64,000 nucleotides of DNA from Trueperaceae bacterium (GTDB lineage: Bacteria > Deinococcota > Deinococci > Deinococcales > Trueperaceae). The position numbers and the translations under genes were made by a program. The DNA lies in the NCBI GenBank assembly GCA_965213705.1, contig OZ243913.1, positions 864,001 through 928,000 on the forward strand. Direction: 5' to 3'. The notes under the pieces were generated by a model that was given only the letters and a program-made list of their open reading frames with translations, was not told where the DNA came from and searched no databases. Shown here piece after piece: positions 1 to 8,978 of the stretch; the stretch's first letter is position 1, and every line of letters begins with the position of its first letter.

Positions 1-707
1 ACGCTGTGCGTCTCTAAGAGTTCGCTGCAAAGAGGCGCCAGGTCGGCGACGTAGTCGTCCCGCCGCAACCGTGCCAGCACGACCCTTCGGCCCATCACAG
101 TGACTTTCTCGGCGTTCTGCGAAAGCTCTTCGAAGATTTCCCTTTGTCCGTCACCGTGAGCGCCGCGCAAGTAGCGCCGGACAAACGCCAAACTCGCGCC
201 GGAGCGCAGCAGGTGGGCCGCGGCGTCGTAATCTTCGGCGCGGGTGAGGTCGTAGCTGAGACCGCCGGTGTCGTCGTGGATGCCGAGCAGCGCCAGACTC
301 GCCAGCTCGGGGGGGATGACGGTGTTTTGCGACTCGAGCAGCAGCGTCAGCAAACTTGCCGTCGCCCCGACCTCGCGCTGGACGCCGTGCGCGGCTTGAA
401 TGGCGTTTTCGGGGCGCGGGTGGTGGTCGTAAAGGGTGACCGGCACCTGCCCCAGCAGCGCGTCGAAGGGCGCGACGCGCGCCGGGGCCGAAGTGTCGAC
501 GATGACGAGTTCTTCGACCGCCGCCAAGTCGATGTCCGCAGCCCGGCGCAGGCCCAGGCGGTCTTCATAAAGCCGCGCGACCGCCTCGACCTCGTCGCCC
601 AAACCGCCCGCCACTACCGCTACCGCGCCCGGATGCGCCAAGCGCGCCAGCGCTACACTCGCCAGCGCGTCGAAGTCCGGGCTGAGGTGGCCGACGATGA
701 TTTTCAC
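1..707 (-). CDS. DHH-family phosphoesterase domain protein (probably the N-terminus of a DHH-CBS tRNA nucleotidyltransferase); truncated by window start
   Basis: Not in the ORF track. Manual minus-strand translation from GTG at 707 gives VKIIVGHLSPDFDALAS...LVIVDT...LYDHH...LLGIHDDTG (DHH motifs). TACACT lies 7 nt upstream. Confidence 0.8.
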   Translation of the reverse strand, partial: MKIIVGHLSPDFDALASVALARLAHPGAVAVVAGGLGDEVEAVARLYEDRLGLRRAADIDLAAVEELVIVDTSAPARVAPFDALLGQVPVTLYDHHPRPENAIQAAHGVQREVGATASLLTLLLESQNTVIPPELASLALLGIHDDTGGLSYDLTRAEDYDAAAHLLRSGASLAFVRRYLRGAHGDGQREIFEELSQNAEKVTVMGRRVVLARLRRDDYVADLAPLCSELLETHS

Positions 708-727
708 GCGTCCCAGTGTAGCGCGGG

Positions 728-875
728 AAAGTACCGAGGACCGAGTGGAAAGTGCCGAGTTCGGTACCGAGTCGGCCTCTTGCCTTGATTTTTGCCTTTC
801 CTACAACCTACATGCCACATGCTCAGGCCCCTTTGTAACCCCCACTTTTTACTCGACACTCAGTCCTCGGTACTC
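728..875. repeat. Heptamer (GTACCGA-type) array with forward and reverse arms
   Basis: gtaccga ggaccga gtggaaa gtgccga at 731-758 and reverse arm actcgac actcagt cctcggt act at 851-874; the same units recur at 8 other sites. Confidence 0.8.
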
Positions 876-882
876 TCTGCTG

Positions 883-1359
883 GTGCTCCACCTCGCCCTG
901 CTCGAGCCCGAAATCGCCCTCAACGTCGGCAGCGTCGCGCGGACGGCGCTCGCCACCGGGGCGCGGTTGCACCTGGTACGGCCGCTGGGCTTCCGGCTCA
1001 CCGACGCGAGTTTGCGCCGCTCGGGGCTGGACTATTGGGACGAGGTCGACGTGACGGTTCACCCCGGGTTTGGGGCGTTTGCAGAGGTTTTCGCCGACCG
1101 GCTCGCCGAACGCCGCGTTTTTTCGCTCACTACCAAGAGCCAGCGGTCCTACAGCGAGGTCTCGTACCGCAACGAAGACGTGCTCCTCTTCGGCCCGGAG
1201 TCGCGGGGTTTGCCGGAAGCGGTGCGCGCACAGACCGAACAGCTCCGCATTCCCATGACGCCCAACACGCGTTCGCTCAACTTGGCCGTCAGCGTGGGGG
1301 TAGTGGTTTATGAGGCGTGGCGGCAGTTGGGGTTTGGCAAAGAGGCCTGTAGCCAGTAG
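883..1359 (+). CDS. trmL: tRNA (cytidine/uridine-2'-O)-methyltransferase TrmL (SPOUT)
   Basis: LLEPEIALNVGSVART, LRRSGLDYW, FGPESRGLP, RSLNLAVS motifs; start moved to GTG 883. Confidence 0.93.
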   Translation: MLHLALLEPEIALNVGSVARTALATGARLHLVRPLGFRLTDASLRRSGLDYWDEVDVTVHPGFGAFAEVFADRLAERRVFSLTTKSQRSYSEVSYRNEDVLLFGPESRGLPEAVRAQTEQLRIPMTPNTRSLNLAVSVGVVVYEAWRQLGFGKEACSQ

Positions 1360-1389
1360 CTTGTAGTTTTTTCTACAGGCTACAGGCTA
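1344..1389. repeat. Heptamer (CTGTAGC-type) inverted array between convergent genes; likely bidirectional terminator
   Basis: ggcctgtagccagtagcttgtag...ctacaggctacaggcta; related copies at 3749-3806 and 6112-6145. Confidence 0.7.
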
Positions 1390-1914
1390 AGGCGCCGGGG
1401 TAACGGTGACAGGGGCTATAACCTCGAAGTCCCGGTACGGCTTCGACGGGTCGCTGCTGACAACGGTGAGCAGACCGACCGCCTCATAGGTGCCGACGGG
1501 AAGGGGGTCACCGTTTGCATTCTCACCTGTCCAAACCAGCGTGAACTCGGCGGCTTCCTCCGGTTTCAACGTTTTGGGAATTGGCGGAAGCGAGGGCCGG
1601 GGTCCGCCGCGCTCGTGCAACGACCACATCACCGTTCCGTTTTGCCCAATCAACAAGTTTGCCGGAACGGGGTCGACGAGGTACGCGGTTTGGGAGGCGT
1701 TGCACGTGTTGGTGAGCTTGAGGAGGGCTTCCAACCCCGCCCCTACCGAAACCTGTGTGGGGGCCTCGAGGGTTGGTTTTAGGCACGGGTCGATGTAGGG
1801 TGCGTTTGTGTACCGGGGTCCGCTCCCCGCAACGTCCGCACGGCCACACGACACAAGGGCACACGACACGAGGGCGACGATGCTGAGAAAGCCGAGCAAG
1901 GTTCTTGGTATCAT
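1387..1914 (-). CDS. Lipoprotein with BsuPI-like (intracellular proteinase inhibitor) domain
   Basis: Signal peptide with lipobox (ALVSC); LKPEE..FTLVW...GDPLPVGTY C-terminal pattern. Confidence 0.6.
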   Translation of the reverse strand: MIPRTLLGFLSIVALVSCALVSCGRADVAGSGPRYTNAPYIDPCLKPTLEAPTQVSVGAGLEALLKLTNTCNASQTAYLVDPVPANLLIGQNGTVMWSLHERGGPRPSLPPIPKTLKPEEAAEFTLVWTGENANGDPLPVGTYEAVGLLTVVSSDPSKPYRDFEVIAPVTVTPAP

Positions 1915-1969
1915 CTCTTCTCCTTGGGAACTACCGCGTCCGGGTTGGGCGAGGTCGAGTGGCGCTTTT

Positions 1970-2563
1970 CTAGTCGCTCTGTTCAGCTGAACGCAAGTAA
2001 GCCAGCACGTCGGCGGCGTTTTGGTCAGGTGGAAAGACGGGATAAAAGACGTGCTCTATTCTCCCCGCCGACAATATCAAGGTCACTCTTTTCAAAAGGC
2101 GCTGGGGAATGTCGGGGCTGAGCGCGGCAAGCTCCTCGACCTCGAGCGTCGGAAGTCCCAACGCCTCGCCGAACTCAAGCTCGGCGTCGCTCAACAGCTC
2201 GAAGGGCAAGTGCAACCGTTCTTTTGCCTCACGCTGATAGGGGCTCGGCTGCGTGCTGAGGCCGTACACGGACGCGCCCAACCCGCTCAACTCGGCGTGG
2301 TGGTCGCGAAAAGAGCAAGACTGCGGGGTACAGCCCCGTGCGCCGGGAATCGTCTCCCAGTCTTCCGGCAGGGTTCGGTCCGGTCGGCCCGTCATCGGGT
2401 AGACGTAGAGCACCGTGCGCTTTGCGGCGAGGTCTCGCAAGGACACCCTTTCGCCCGAGGTTTCAAGCAGCGCCACGTCGGGGACGCGCGTTCCGACGAG
2501 ACGCGCGCAGGCACCGTCGTCTTGCGGAACGGGCAAGTTTTCGGGTAGGTTCTCGAGGGCCAC
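1970..2563 (-). CDS. Peroxiredoxin (BCP/PrxQ-like)
   Basis: YVYPMTGRP...PGARGCTPQSCSFRD; AGGAGG RBS before GTG 2563. Confidence 0.9.
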   Translation of the reverse strand: MALENLPENLPVPQDDGACARLVGTRVPDVALLETSGERVSLRDLAAKRTVLYVYPMTGRPDRTLPEDWETIPGARGCTPQSCSFRDHHAELSGLGASVYGLSTQPSPYQREAKERLHLPFELLSDAELEFGEALGLPTLEVEELAALSPDIPQRLLKRVTLILSAGRIEHVFYPVFPPDQNAADVLAYLRSAEQSD

Positions 2564-2620
2564 GAACACCTCCTTTTATGCGCCGAGTCTATCACCCAAA
2601 GCAGACGCTACCGTCTCCGG

Positions 2621-3679
2621 CTAAGGCTGCTCGAGCCCCATCCCCTCTTCAACACCGGCCACAAAGGTAGCGATGAGGTTGATGACCTGCTCTAAGTCGG
2701 CCAAGTCAATCATCTCGTTGGGCGAGTGCATGTAGCGGTTGGGAATCGACACGACCGCCGTAGGCACGCTGCCGCGGGCGGCGGCAATCTGGTCGCCGTC
2801 GGTGAAGGTTCGGCGCGGCGCGGCTTCTATGGCGTAGGGGATGTTGTTCGCTTCGGCCGTTTCGACGAGCCGGTTGAACAGGCCGCGGTGTACCGTCGAG
2901 CCGACCGTGAGGGTCGCGCCCGAGCCGAAAGGCACGTCGCCGTTTTCTTGCTTGCTCACGCCCGGCACGTCGGTCGCGTGGGTCACGTCGACGGCGACGG
3001 CCAGGGCGGGCTGCAGCGCGTACGCCGCCACGCCCGCGCCGACGTGGCCGATTTCTTCTTGCACGGTCGCCACCGCGACAACTTCGGCGCTCAGGCCCTG
3101 CTCGTCGGCACGCCGCGCGGCCTCCAGGACGATGTACGCCCCGATGCGGTTGTCGATGGCCTTGCTCACCACGCGCTCGTTCAGGAGTTCTAAGTACGGC
3201 TGCTCGACGACCGCCACGTCGCCGACGCGCACGTGCTCGCGCGCCTCGTCCGCACTTTTCGCGCCGATGTCTATCCACATGTCCTCGATTTTCGAGGCCT
3301 TGCTGCGGTCGTCGGGTTTGAGGAGGTGGACGGGTTTTTTGCCGACGACGCCCAGCAGCTCGGTTTTGTAACCCAAGATGCGCACCCGCTGGCCGACGAG
3401 TTGCTGCGCGTCCCAACCGCCGATGCCGCTGAAGTACAGCAAACCCTTGTCGTCGATGTGGGTAATCATCAGGCCGATTTCGTCGATGTGGCCCGCCAAC
3501 ATCACCCGCGGGCCTGACGCGCCGAAAGTGGCGAACGAGTTGCCGTAGGCGTCGGTGCGGAGCGCCGCGCCGTACGCTTGCGCCTGGTCGCGCCACACGC
3601 GCGCGGGTTTGGACTCGAACGAGCTGGGGCCGGGGGCGGAAAGAAGGTTTTTTAGAAAAGTCTTGTCGGCGTCGGTCAT
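2621..3679 (-). CDS. M42 family metallopeptidase (aminopeptidase)
   Basis: GHIDEIG, KAIDNRIG, VQEEIG, VDVTH, RYMHSP motifs. Confidence 0.92.
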   Translation of the reverse strand: MTDADKTFLKNLLSAPGPSSFESKPARVWRDQAQAYGAALRTDAYGNSFATFGASGPRVMLAGHIDEIGLMITHIDDKGLLYFSGIGGWDAQQLVGQRVRILGYKTELLGVVGKKPVHLLKPDDRSKASKIEDMWIDIGAKSADEAREHVRVGDVAVVEQPYLELLNERVVSKAIDNRIGAYIVLEAARRADEQGLSAEVVAVATVQEEIGHVGAGVAAYALQPALAVAVDVTHATDVPGVSKQENGDVPFGSGATLTVGSTVHRGLFNRLVETAEANNIPYAIEAAPRRTFTDGDQIAAARGSVPTAVVSIPNRYMHSPNEMIDLADLEQVINLIATFVAGVEEGMGLEQP

Positions 3680-3748
3680 GAGGGGAGAATACCTCACGCC
3701 GGGCTCGAGCCTCTAAAAAAGTTCACAGTTTGCTCAAAAGCGCTGGTA

Positions 3749-3806
3749 GCCTGTAGCCAGTGGTTTGTAGGTTGTAGAAAAAACCTACAAACCACTGGCT
3801 ACAGGC
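3749..3806. terminator. Perfect 25-bp hairpin built from CTGTAGC-type heptamers, just after the stop of the 3812-4831 gene
   Basis: gcctgtagccagtggtttgtaggtt (3749-3773) pairs with aacctacaaaccactggctacaggc (3782-3806). Confidence 0.7.
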
Positions 3807-3811
3807 CTTTT

Positions 3812-4831
3812 TTACCGAATCGTCAACGCCCCCGAGCCCGCGTCCTCGACCTTCAGGATAATCTGCGCGCCGCCGGGGTCGAAGCCTCCGGTTTGCCAGG
3901 TGCCCTCCTTGCCCCGGCCCGCGCCGACTCGCACCAGCCGCTCGCTCAGGTCGAAACGGCCCGAACCACCGTCCTCGACCTCCAACTTGATGTTCGCGCC
4001 CGCTGGGGTTTCTACCGTGACCGGGCCGCTGCCGTAGTCGAGGTTCAAGGTGACGTAGCTGTCCTCGCCGATGACGAAGCGGGTCGCGCCCGAACCCAAG
4101 TCCGCTGTGAGCGCGACTTGCGCGCCCGCGGCTATCCTCACTTCGCCGCCGCCCGAGCCGCCCTCCAACTCGACCTCGTAACTGCCGGGCGTTGCGGGCA
4201 GCGCCAGCTCGAGCGGACCCGAGCCCAAGTCGAGCGACGCTGCCCGCAGGTTCAAGCCGCTCAGGTCAAGCTCTAGCGGACCCGAGCCGCCGTCGACCTC
4301 CAGTTCCAAGGGGATGCGCCTGGTCAAACCGACGTCCCAACGCTTGCCGGCCCCGCTCGAGCGCGGCCTGTTAGAACGCTTTGCCAGCTCGAGCGTTTTC
4401 GAGGTGTCGCCCCGGACTTGCAGCCGCACCTCGCCGGAGTCGCGAATATCCGCCCGCAGCAGGTCGTCGCGCGTCTCCGAAGCGGTGACGCGCACGGGTG
4501 CGCTGCCCAAGTCGAGGCGGACGTCGGCTTCTGTCGCCGCACCCACGGGTTCGCTGAAAACGCGCTCGAGCCGGTCCCCCCGAGTTGCACCGGTTGGGCT
4601 GAAAAGCGAAAAAACGAGCAAGGCTGCCAAAACGATTCCCGTGTAGGGCAACCCGAACGGCCGCCGCCGTACTAGAATATCCACCCCGACGCCGATGAGC
4701 AGCACCGGCCAGTAACGCGCGAGCACCCCGACGAACGCGCCCGCCACGGCCCCCAACGACACGAGCAGCCACAAAACCCCGATGCCGACCAAAATAAGAG
4801 CGATGATTTGACGCTGGTCTTTCAAGTTCAT
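3812..4831 (-). CDS. LiaF/LiaI-like membrane protein (DUF5668-type N-terminus) with beta-strand repeat C-terminal domain
   Basis: LILVGIGVLWLL...YWPVLLIGVGVDIL transmembrane segments followed by repeated (D/G)GSG-x-beta motifs. Confidence 0.7.
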   Translation of the reverse strand: MNLKDQRQIIALILVGIGVLWLLVSLGAVAGAFVGVLARYWPVLLIGVGVDILVRRRPFGLPYTGIVLAALLVFSLFSPTGATRGDRLERVFSEPVGAATEADVRLDLGSAPVRVTASETRDDLLRADIRDSGEVRLQVRGDTSKTLELAKRSNRPRSSGAGKRWDVGLTRRIPLELEVDGGSGPLELDLSGLNLRAASLDLGSGPLELALPATPGSYEVELEGGSGGGEVRIAAGAQVALTADLGSGATRFVIGEDSYVTLNLDYGSGPVTVETPAGANIKLEVEDGGSGRFDLSERLVRVGAGRGKEGTWQTGGFDPGGAQIILKVEDAGSGALTIR

Positions 4832-4917
4832 ACCGTCCTCCCCTAAAAACGCCTGAGCCCGTCGAGCATAGAGCGCGGCGGGCTCAGAAGCAACTTACTT
4901 TTGGAGGAGGTAGAGGG

Positions 4918-5058
4918 GAGTACCGAGGACCGAGTCGAAAGTACCGAGTTGCATTCGCACTTGGATGTTTGTTGATTTTACCGATCCATCGTTACGTGCT
5001 CGAGCCCCACAAGTCTCTTCTTTTTTACTCGGTACTCGTCACTAGGTACTCGGTACTC
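4918..5058. repeat. Heptamer (GTACCGA-type) array, forward and reverse arms
   Basis: gtaccgaggaccgagtcgaaagtaccgagt at 4920-4949; actcggtactcgtcactaggtactcggtact at 5027-5057. Confidence 0.8.
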
Positions 5059-5060
5059 CT

Positions 5061-6053
5061 CTACACCGCAACAGGCTCCCGCGCCAGCTTGGCGACGATG
5101 TCGTCCAGCGCCTTATTCGCGTGGACGATGCCGTTTTCGATAAACACGTCGCTCGTGCGCGTGCCGTACCCGGCCGAGCCGATGACGTACAGTCCCGGAA
5201 CATTCGTTTCAAACGTCTCTTCGCTGTGCCGCGCCGAGCCGTCCGCGGGGTCGACCGCGACACCTACCTGCTGCAACAACTTGGCCGAGGCGTAGTAGCC
5301 GGTCAGCAAAAAGGTCTGGTCGGTCGGGATGACGAGGCGTTCGCCTTTTTTGTCGGCAATGACCGCGTCGGGCGTGATTTCGGTAATGACCGTGTCGAAG
5401 TGCGCGACGATAGAACCTTCTTTGACACGGTTTTCCAGGTTGGGCCGAATCCAGTATTTGAGGCTGTGGCGAAACCCTTCGCCACGGTGAATCATGGTGA
5501 CCTTCGCGCCGCCCTTGAACAGGTCCAGGGCCGCGTCCGCCGCCGAAGAGCCCGCCCCGACGATAGTGACGTTGCGGTTGTAGAACGGGTGCGCCTCGGT
5601 GTAGTAGTGGCTCACGTTGTCCCGGTCTTCGCCGGGAACGCCTAAAAACTTCGGGTTGTCGAAGTACCCCGTCGCGACAGCGACTTTTCGCGCGCGGAAG
5701 GTTTGGGTTTCGCCCTTGTCGGTCCGCGCGACCAGTTCGAAGCCGTCGGGCGTTTGCGCCAACCCCGTCACCGTGGTGTACTGCCGCACGTCCAAGCGTT
5801 CGTTGTGGACGACCTTGCGGTAGTAGTCGAGGGCTTCTTTGCGGGTCGGTTTGTCGGTCGCGGTGACGAGCGGGTGCGAGCCGATTTCCAGACGTTCCGA
5901 GGTCGTAAAAAAGGTCATATAGGTCGGATAAGCGGCGATAGCGTTGACGATGCAACCCTGCTCCAGAACAACGTAGCGGAGCCCCGCCCGCTTGGCGCGG
6001 ATAGCGGCCTCGAGCCCGATGGGTCCAGCACCGATGATGGCTAAGTCAAACAT
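5061..6053 (-). CDS. ypdA: YpdA family putative bacillithiol disulfide reductase
   Basis: GAGPIG FAD motif; YPTYMTFFTTSERLEIG; KPTRKEALDYY; HYYTEAHP; FIENG. Confidence 0.92.
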   Translation of the reverse strand: MFDLAIIGAGPIGLEAAIRAKRAGLRYVVLEQGCIVNAIAAYPTYMTFFTTSERLEIGSHPLVTATDKPTRKEALDYYRKVVHNERLDVRQYTTVTGLAQTPDGFELVARTDKGETQTFRARKVAVATGYFDNPKFLGVPGEDRDNVSHYYTEAHPFYNRNVTIVGAGSSAADAALDLFKGGAKVTMIHRGEGFRHSLKYWIRPNLENRVKEGSIVAHFDTVITEITPDAVIADKKGERLVIPTDQTFLLTGYYASAKLLQQVGVAVDPADGSARHSEETFETNVPGLYVIGSAGYGTRTSDVFIENGIVHANKALDDIVAKLAREPVAV

Positions 6054-6195
6054 AAAAAGTACCTTAGCAAAGGGGGCTTGAGCGGCGCTGCTAGACCGCT
6101 TACAAATGAGTTTGTGGCACGGGGCTTGTGGCTTGTAGCTTGTAGGAAAAGGAGATCTACGAGAATAAGGTGAACACTGTCGGCAATTCGCTTTT

Positions 6196-6280
6196 TGTCA
6201 TTCTGAGCGAACGCGAAGAATCCCTCGAGGGTGAGCTGTGAAGAAATTCTTCACTTCGCTGCGCTTCGTTCAGAATGACA
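6196..6280. repeat. REP-like palindromic element (TGTCATTCTGA...TCAGAATGACA)
   Basis: Terminal inverted repeat tgtcattctgagcgaa / ttcgttcagaatgaca with inner gaagaat / attcttc. Confidence 0.7.
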
Positions 6281-6311
6281 GGAGGGCAATCGGCTCGCGC
6301 TTGCCGAACCC

Positions 6312-6959
6312 CTAAACCAAACTGCTCGGGCAGTAAGGGCTGAGCGCGCAAACGTCGCAGTGTGGCTTCCGCGCGGTGCAGACGCGGCGACCGTGCAAGA
6401 TGAGCGCGTGGTGGACGAAAATCCACTGGTCTTGCGGGAACAAGGTTTCCAAGTCCTGCTCGACCTTGTCGGGGTTTTCGTGCTTGCTGAAGCCTAAGCG
6501 CCGCGCCAGCCGCCCGACGTGCGTGTCGACGGCGATGGCGGGGCGGCCGAAGGCGTTCGACAACACCACGTTCGCCGTCTTGCGCCCCACGCCGGGAAAG
6601 GTTACAAGGGTTTCGAAATCGTCCGGCACTTCGCCCGCAAACTCAGCGGCGAGCTTTTGCGCCGTAGCGACGATGTTCTTGGCCTTGTTTTTGTACAAGC
6701 CGATGGTGCGGATGTACGGTGTGACCTCGTCCGGCGTTGCTTGCGCCAGGGTATACGCGTCCGGATAACGCGCGAACAGCGCGGGTGAGGCTTCGTTGAC
6801 GCTTTTGTCGGTCGCCTGGGCCGAAAGAATGGTGCAAACCAACAGTTCAAACGGGTTGCGGTGCATCAACTCGGTCGTCGCGCCGGGGTAGAGGGTTTGC
6901 AACTCGGTCAGGACCGTGTGGGCGCGCTCGAGCTTGGTTTTTTTGCTTTCGCGGGGCAT
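6312..6959 (-). CDS. nth: Endonuclease III
   Basis: LSAQATD, HhH motif PGVGRKTANVV, VDTHV, C-x6-C-x2-C-x5-C 4Fe-4S motif. Confidence 0.96.
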   Translation of the reverse strand: MPRESKKTKLERAHTVLTELQTLYPGATTELMHRNPFELLVCTILSAQATDKSVNEASPALFARYPDAYTLAQATPDEVTPYIRTIGLYKNKAKNIVATAQKLAAEFAGEVPDDFETLVTFPGVGRKTANVVLSNAFGRPAIAVDTHVGRLARRLGFSKHENPDKVEQDLETLFPQDQWIFVHHALILHGRRVCTARKPHCDVCALSPYCPSSLV

Positions 6960-6974
6960 GAGGTCAGTATAAAG

Positions 6975-7715
6975 TCAGTGGGGGTTCGCAGAAGCGGGAC
7001 CGATTTTCGTGCCGACCGACTTGCCCTGACAAATGGCGACCAGCGCCCCCTTTTCGGTGATGTCGAAAACGTGGAGGGGCAGCGCGTGGTCTCGAGCCAG
7101 GATGAAAGCCGACTGGTCCATCACTTTCAGGTCTTTGCCAATAACCTCGTCGTAAGAGAGGTGGTCGTACTTCAGCGCGCCTGCGTAACGGTTGGGGTCT
7201 TTGTCATAAACGCCGTCGGTGCCGTTCTTGGCGACCAAAAGGGCTTCACAACCCGTCTCTAAAGCACGCTGCACCGAAGGATAATCCGTGGTGACGAACG
7301 GTTGGCCGTTGCCCCCGGCGAAGATGACGATGTGGCCTTTGTTTAGATGTTCGAGGGCTTTTAGACGGATAAACGGCTCGGCCACGGCGGGAATCGGCAC
7401 CGAGGTCATGACGCGCACCTGCCTCGCACCGGTCACGCGGCTCTTGAGCGCCCCGCGCAACATGAGGCTGTTGATGACCGTGCCGAGCATCCCTATGTTG
7501 TCGGCCTCGACCCGGTCGATGCCCCAGTAGGTCGCGGCGCTGCCCCGCATGATGTTGCCGCCGCCGATGACGACGCCGGTTTGCACGCCGCGCTCGACTA
7601 GCGCGAGCAGTTCGTCTACAATCCCGCTCAAGCTGTCGTTGTCGAACCCGAAGCCGCTGCCGCCCGCCACGGCCGCCCCACTGAGTTTCACCAAAACCCG
7701 CTCGTAAGTTTTCAC
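6975..7715 (-). CDS. pyrH: UMP kinase (non-canonical paralog type)
   Basis: KLSG, GGGNIMRG, GNGQPFVTTD, DGVYDKDP, VMDQSA; TATAAT 8 nt upstream. Confidence 0.9.
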   Translation of the reverse strand: MKTYERVLVKLSGAAVAGGSGFGFDNDSLSGIVDELLALVERGVQTGVVIGGGNIMRGSAATYWGIDRVEADNIGMLGTVINSLMLRGALKSRVTGARQVRVMTSVPIPAVAEPFIRLKALEHLNKGHIVIFAGGNGQPFVTTDYPSVQRALETGCEALLVAKNGTDGVYDKDPNRYAGALKYDHLSYDEVIGKDLKVMDQSAFILARDHALPLHVFDITEKGALVAICQGKSVGTKIGPASANPH

Positions 7716-7733
7716 GAGCCCCCATTATACCTG

Positions 7734-7808
7734 TTAGGCTTGCAGGGTGGTCCCTTTAACACCCGGTTGGGCGCGCTCGAGCTTAGCTTTTTTGCTTTCG
7801 CGGGCCAT
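7734..7808 (-). pseudogene. Duplicated 5' fragment of nth
   Basis: 7768-7808 matches nth 6919-6959 at 38/41 nt; reads MARESKKAKLERAQPGVKGTTLQA* versus MPRESKKTKLERAH. Confidence 0.8.
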
Positions 7809-7975
7809 AAAGTTTAGCTCTTGGCTCGCAGTAGGATTAACTCGAGCTAAAATTAGCTTCTGCCCAACGAATGCGACCTTGAGTTATAAGTCCTATGCCG
7901 AAAGCGGTACCTGCTTTTCTGAACTGTTGTACCTCCAAACTACCGTTGTTTGAGCATTTGACATGAAGGTGAATC

Positions 7976-8278
7976 ATGTACGTGTTTATAGCAAATAAGA
8001 AAGAAGCTAGGGTTCTAAGCAAGGAGCTAAACCAGACGGGGATTTTACATTTTTCAACGCGTGTAGAAATTCGTGGGAATCATCTAAAAGGCAACGTTCC
8101 GGTCAAGGTTCGCTACGAAGCACGTTTTATTCCCGATGAGGAGTTCTGGGGGAAGGATGACAGGTATCCCGATGAAGAACCGTACCCTGTAAGTTACACG
8201 AGAGCGTTTTTGACGGAGAATGAGCGTAGGGAGCACTGCGCGACCTGGTACAGGGCTATCGCGGAAGGAGCCGCCTAG
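7976..8278 (+). CDS. Hypothetical protein (lower GC)
   Basis: 100-aa ORF with GAAGGTG RBS-like sequence; no recognisable motif. Confidence 0.45.
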   Translation: MYVFIANKKEARVLSKELNQTGILHFSTRVEIRGNHLKGNVPVKVRYEARFIPDEEFWGKDDRYPDEEPYPVSYTRAFLTENERREHCATWYRAIAEGAA

Positions 8279-8328
8279 CAGAGAACGGCGCTTCCAGCTC
8301 CTCGAGCCGTTTTTGTTAGGCTTAACGT

Positions 8329-8913
8329 GTGACCCAACCAACCCCCGGCGAGGTGCGCGAGCGCGTGTGGGTGGCGCTGCAACGGGCGGGCGCGGTGGCT
8401 TATCCTGCGCCGGCGTTCGGCCATCATCCAAACTTTGTGGGCGCGGGGCAAGCCGCGAAGCTGCTCCTCCCCGAGTTGTTTGCCCGTGGGTACGTCAAAC
8501 CGGGCGACACCGTGCTGAGCTATCCCGACTACGTTTTGAAACCCTTGCGTAAGGGCTTGTTGGAGGGCGGCGTCAGCGTGGTCGTGCCCGCCAAACACGG
8601 CGACGACTACCGGCTGCTGACTGTCGGCAAGGTTGCGCCCGCCAAGGCCTCGAGCATCGCCGGGGCCGAACAAGTGGGCGAGCGCGTTACCGAACTGCCG
8701 AGTTGCCGGGTGGCGCTGGTCGCTTGCGTGGCGGTCTCGGCGCTGGGCGAAGGACTCGGGAAGGGTTACGGGTTCAGCCTGCCCGAACGAGCGCGCGGGC
8801 TGCCCCTGTTCACGCTCGCCCACCCGTTGCAAGTTTCAACCGAAATGCCCACTTCCGACCACGCCCTCACGGCTTTTGCAACCCCCAAAGAGGTCGTGTG
8901 GCGTCCGAAGTAA
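8329..8913 (+). CDS. 5-formyltetrahydrofolate cyclo-ligase family protein
   Basis: RERVW..L, PNFVGA, GKGYG, LAHPLQ motifs. Confidence 0.75.
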   Translation: MTQPTPGEVRERVWVALQRAGAVAYPAPAFGHHPNFVGAGQAAKLLLPELFARGYVKPGDTVLSYPDYVLKPLRKGLLEGGVSVVVPAKHGDDYRLLTVGKVAPAKASSIAGAEQVGERVTELPSCRVALVACVAVSALGEGLGKGYGFSLPERARGLPLFTLAHPLQVSTEMPTSDHALTAFATPKEVVWRPK

Positions 8914-8978
8914 AGGATTCATCAGCGAGCCGAAAAAGGGTGGCGTAAACTGGTCGGCGACGATGAAAGGGACCGTTC

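Noticed and set aside
144..788. 214-aa plus-strand ORF
   Set aside because: Shadow of the minus-strand DHH gene, which has clear motifs.
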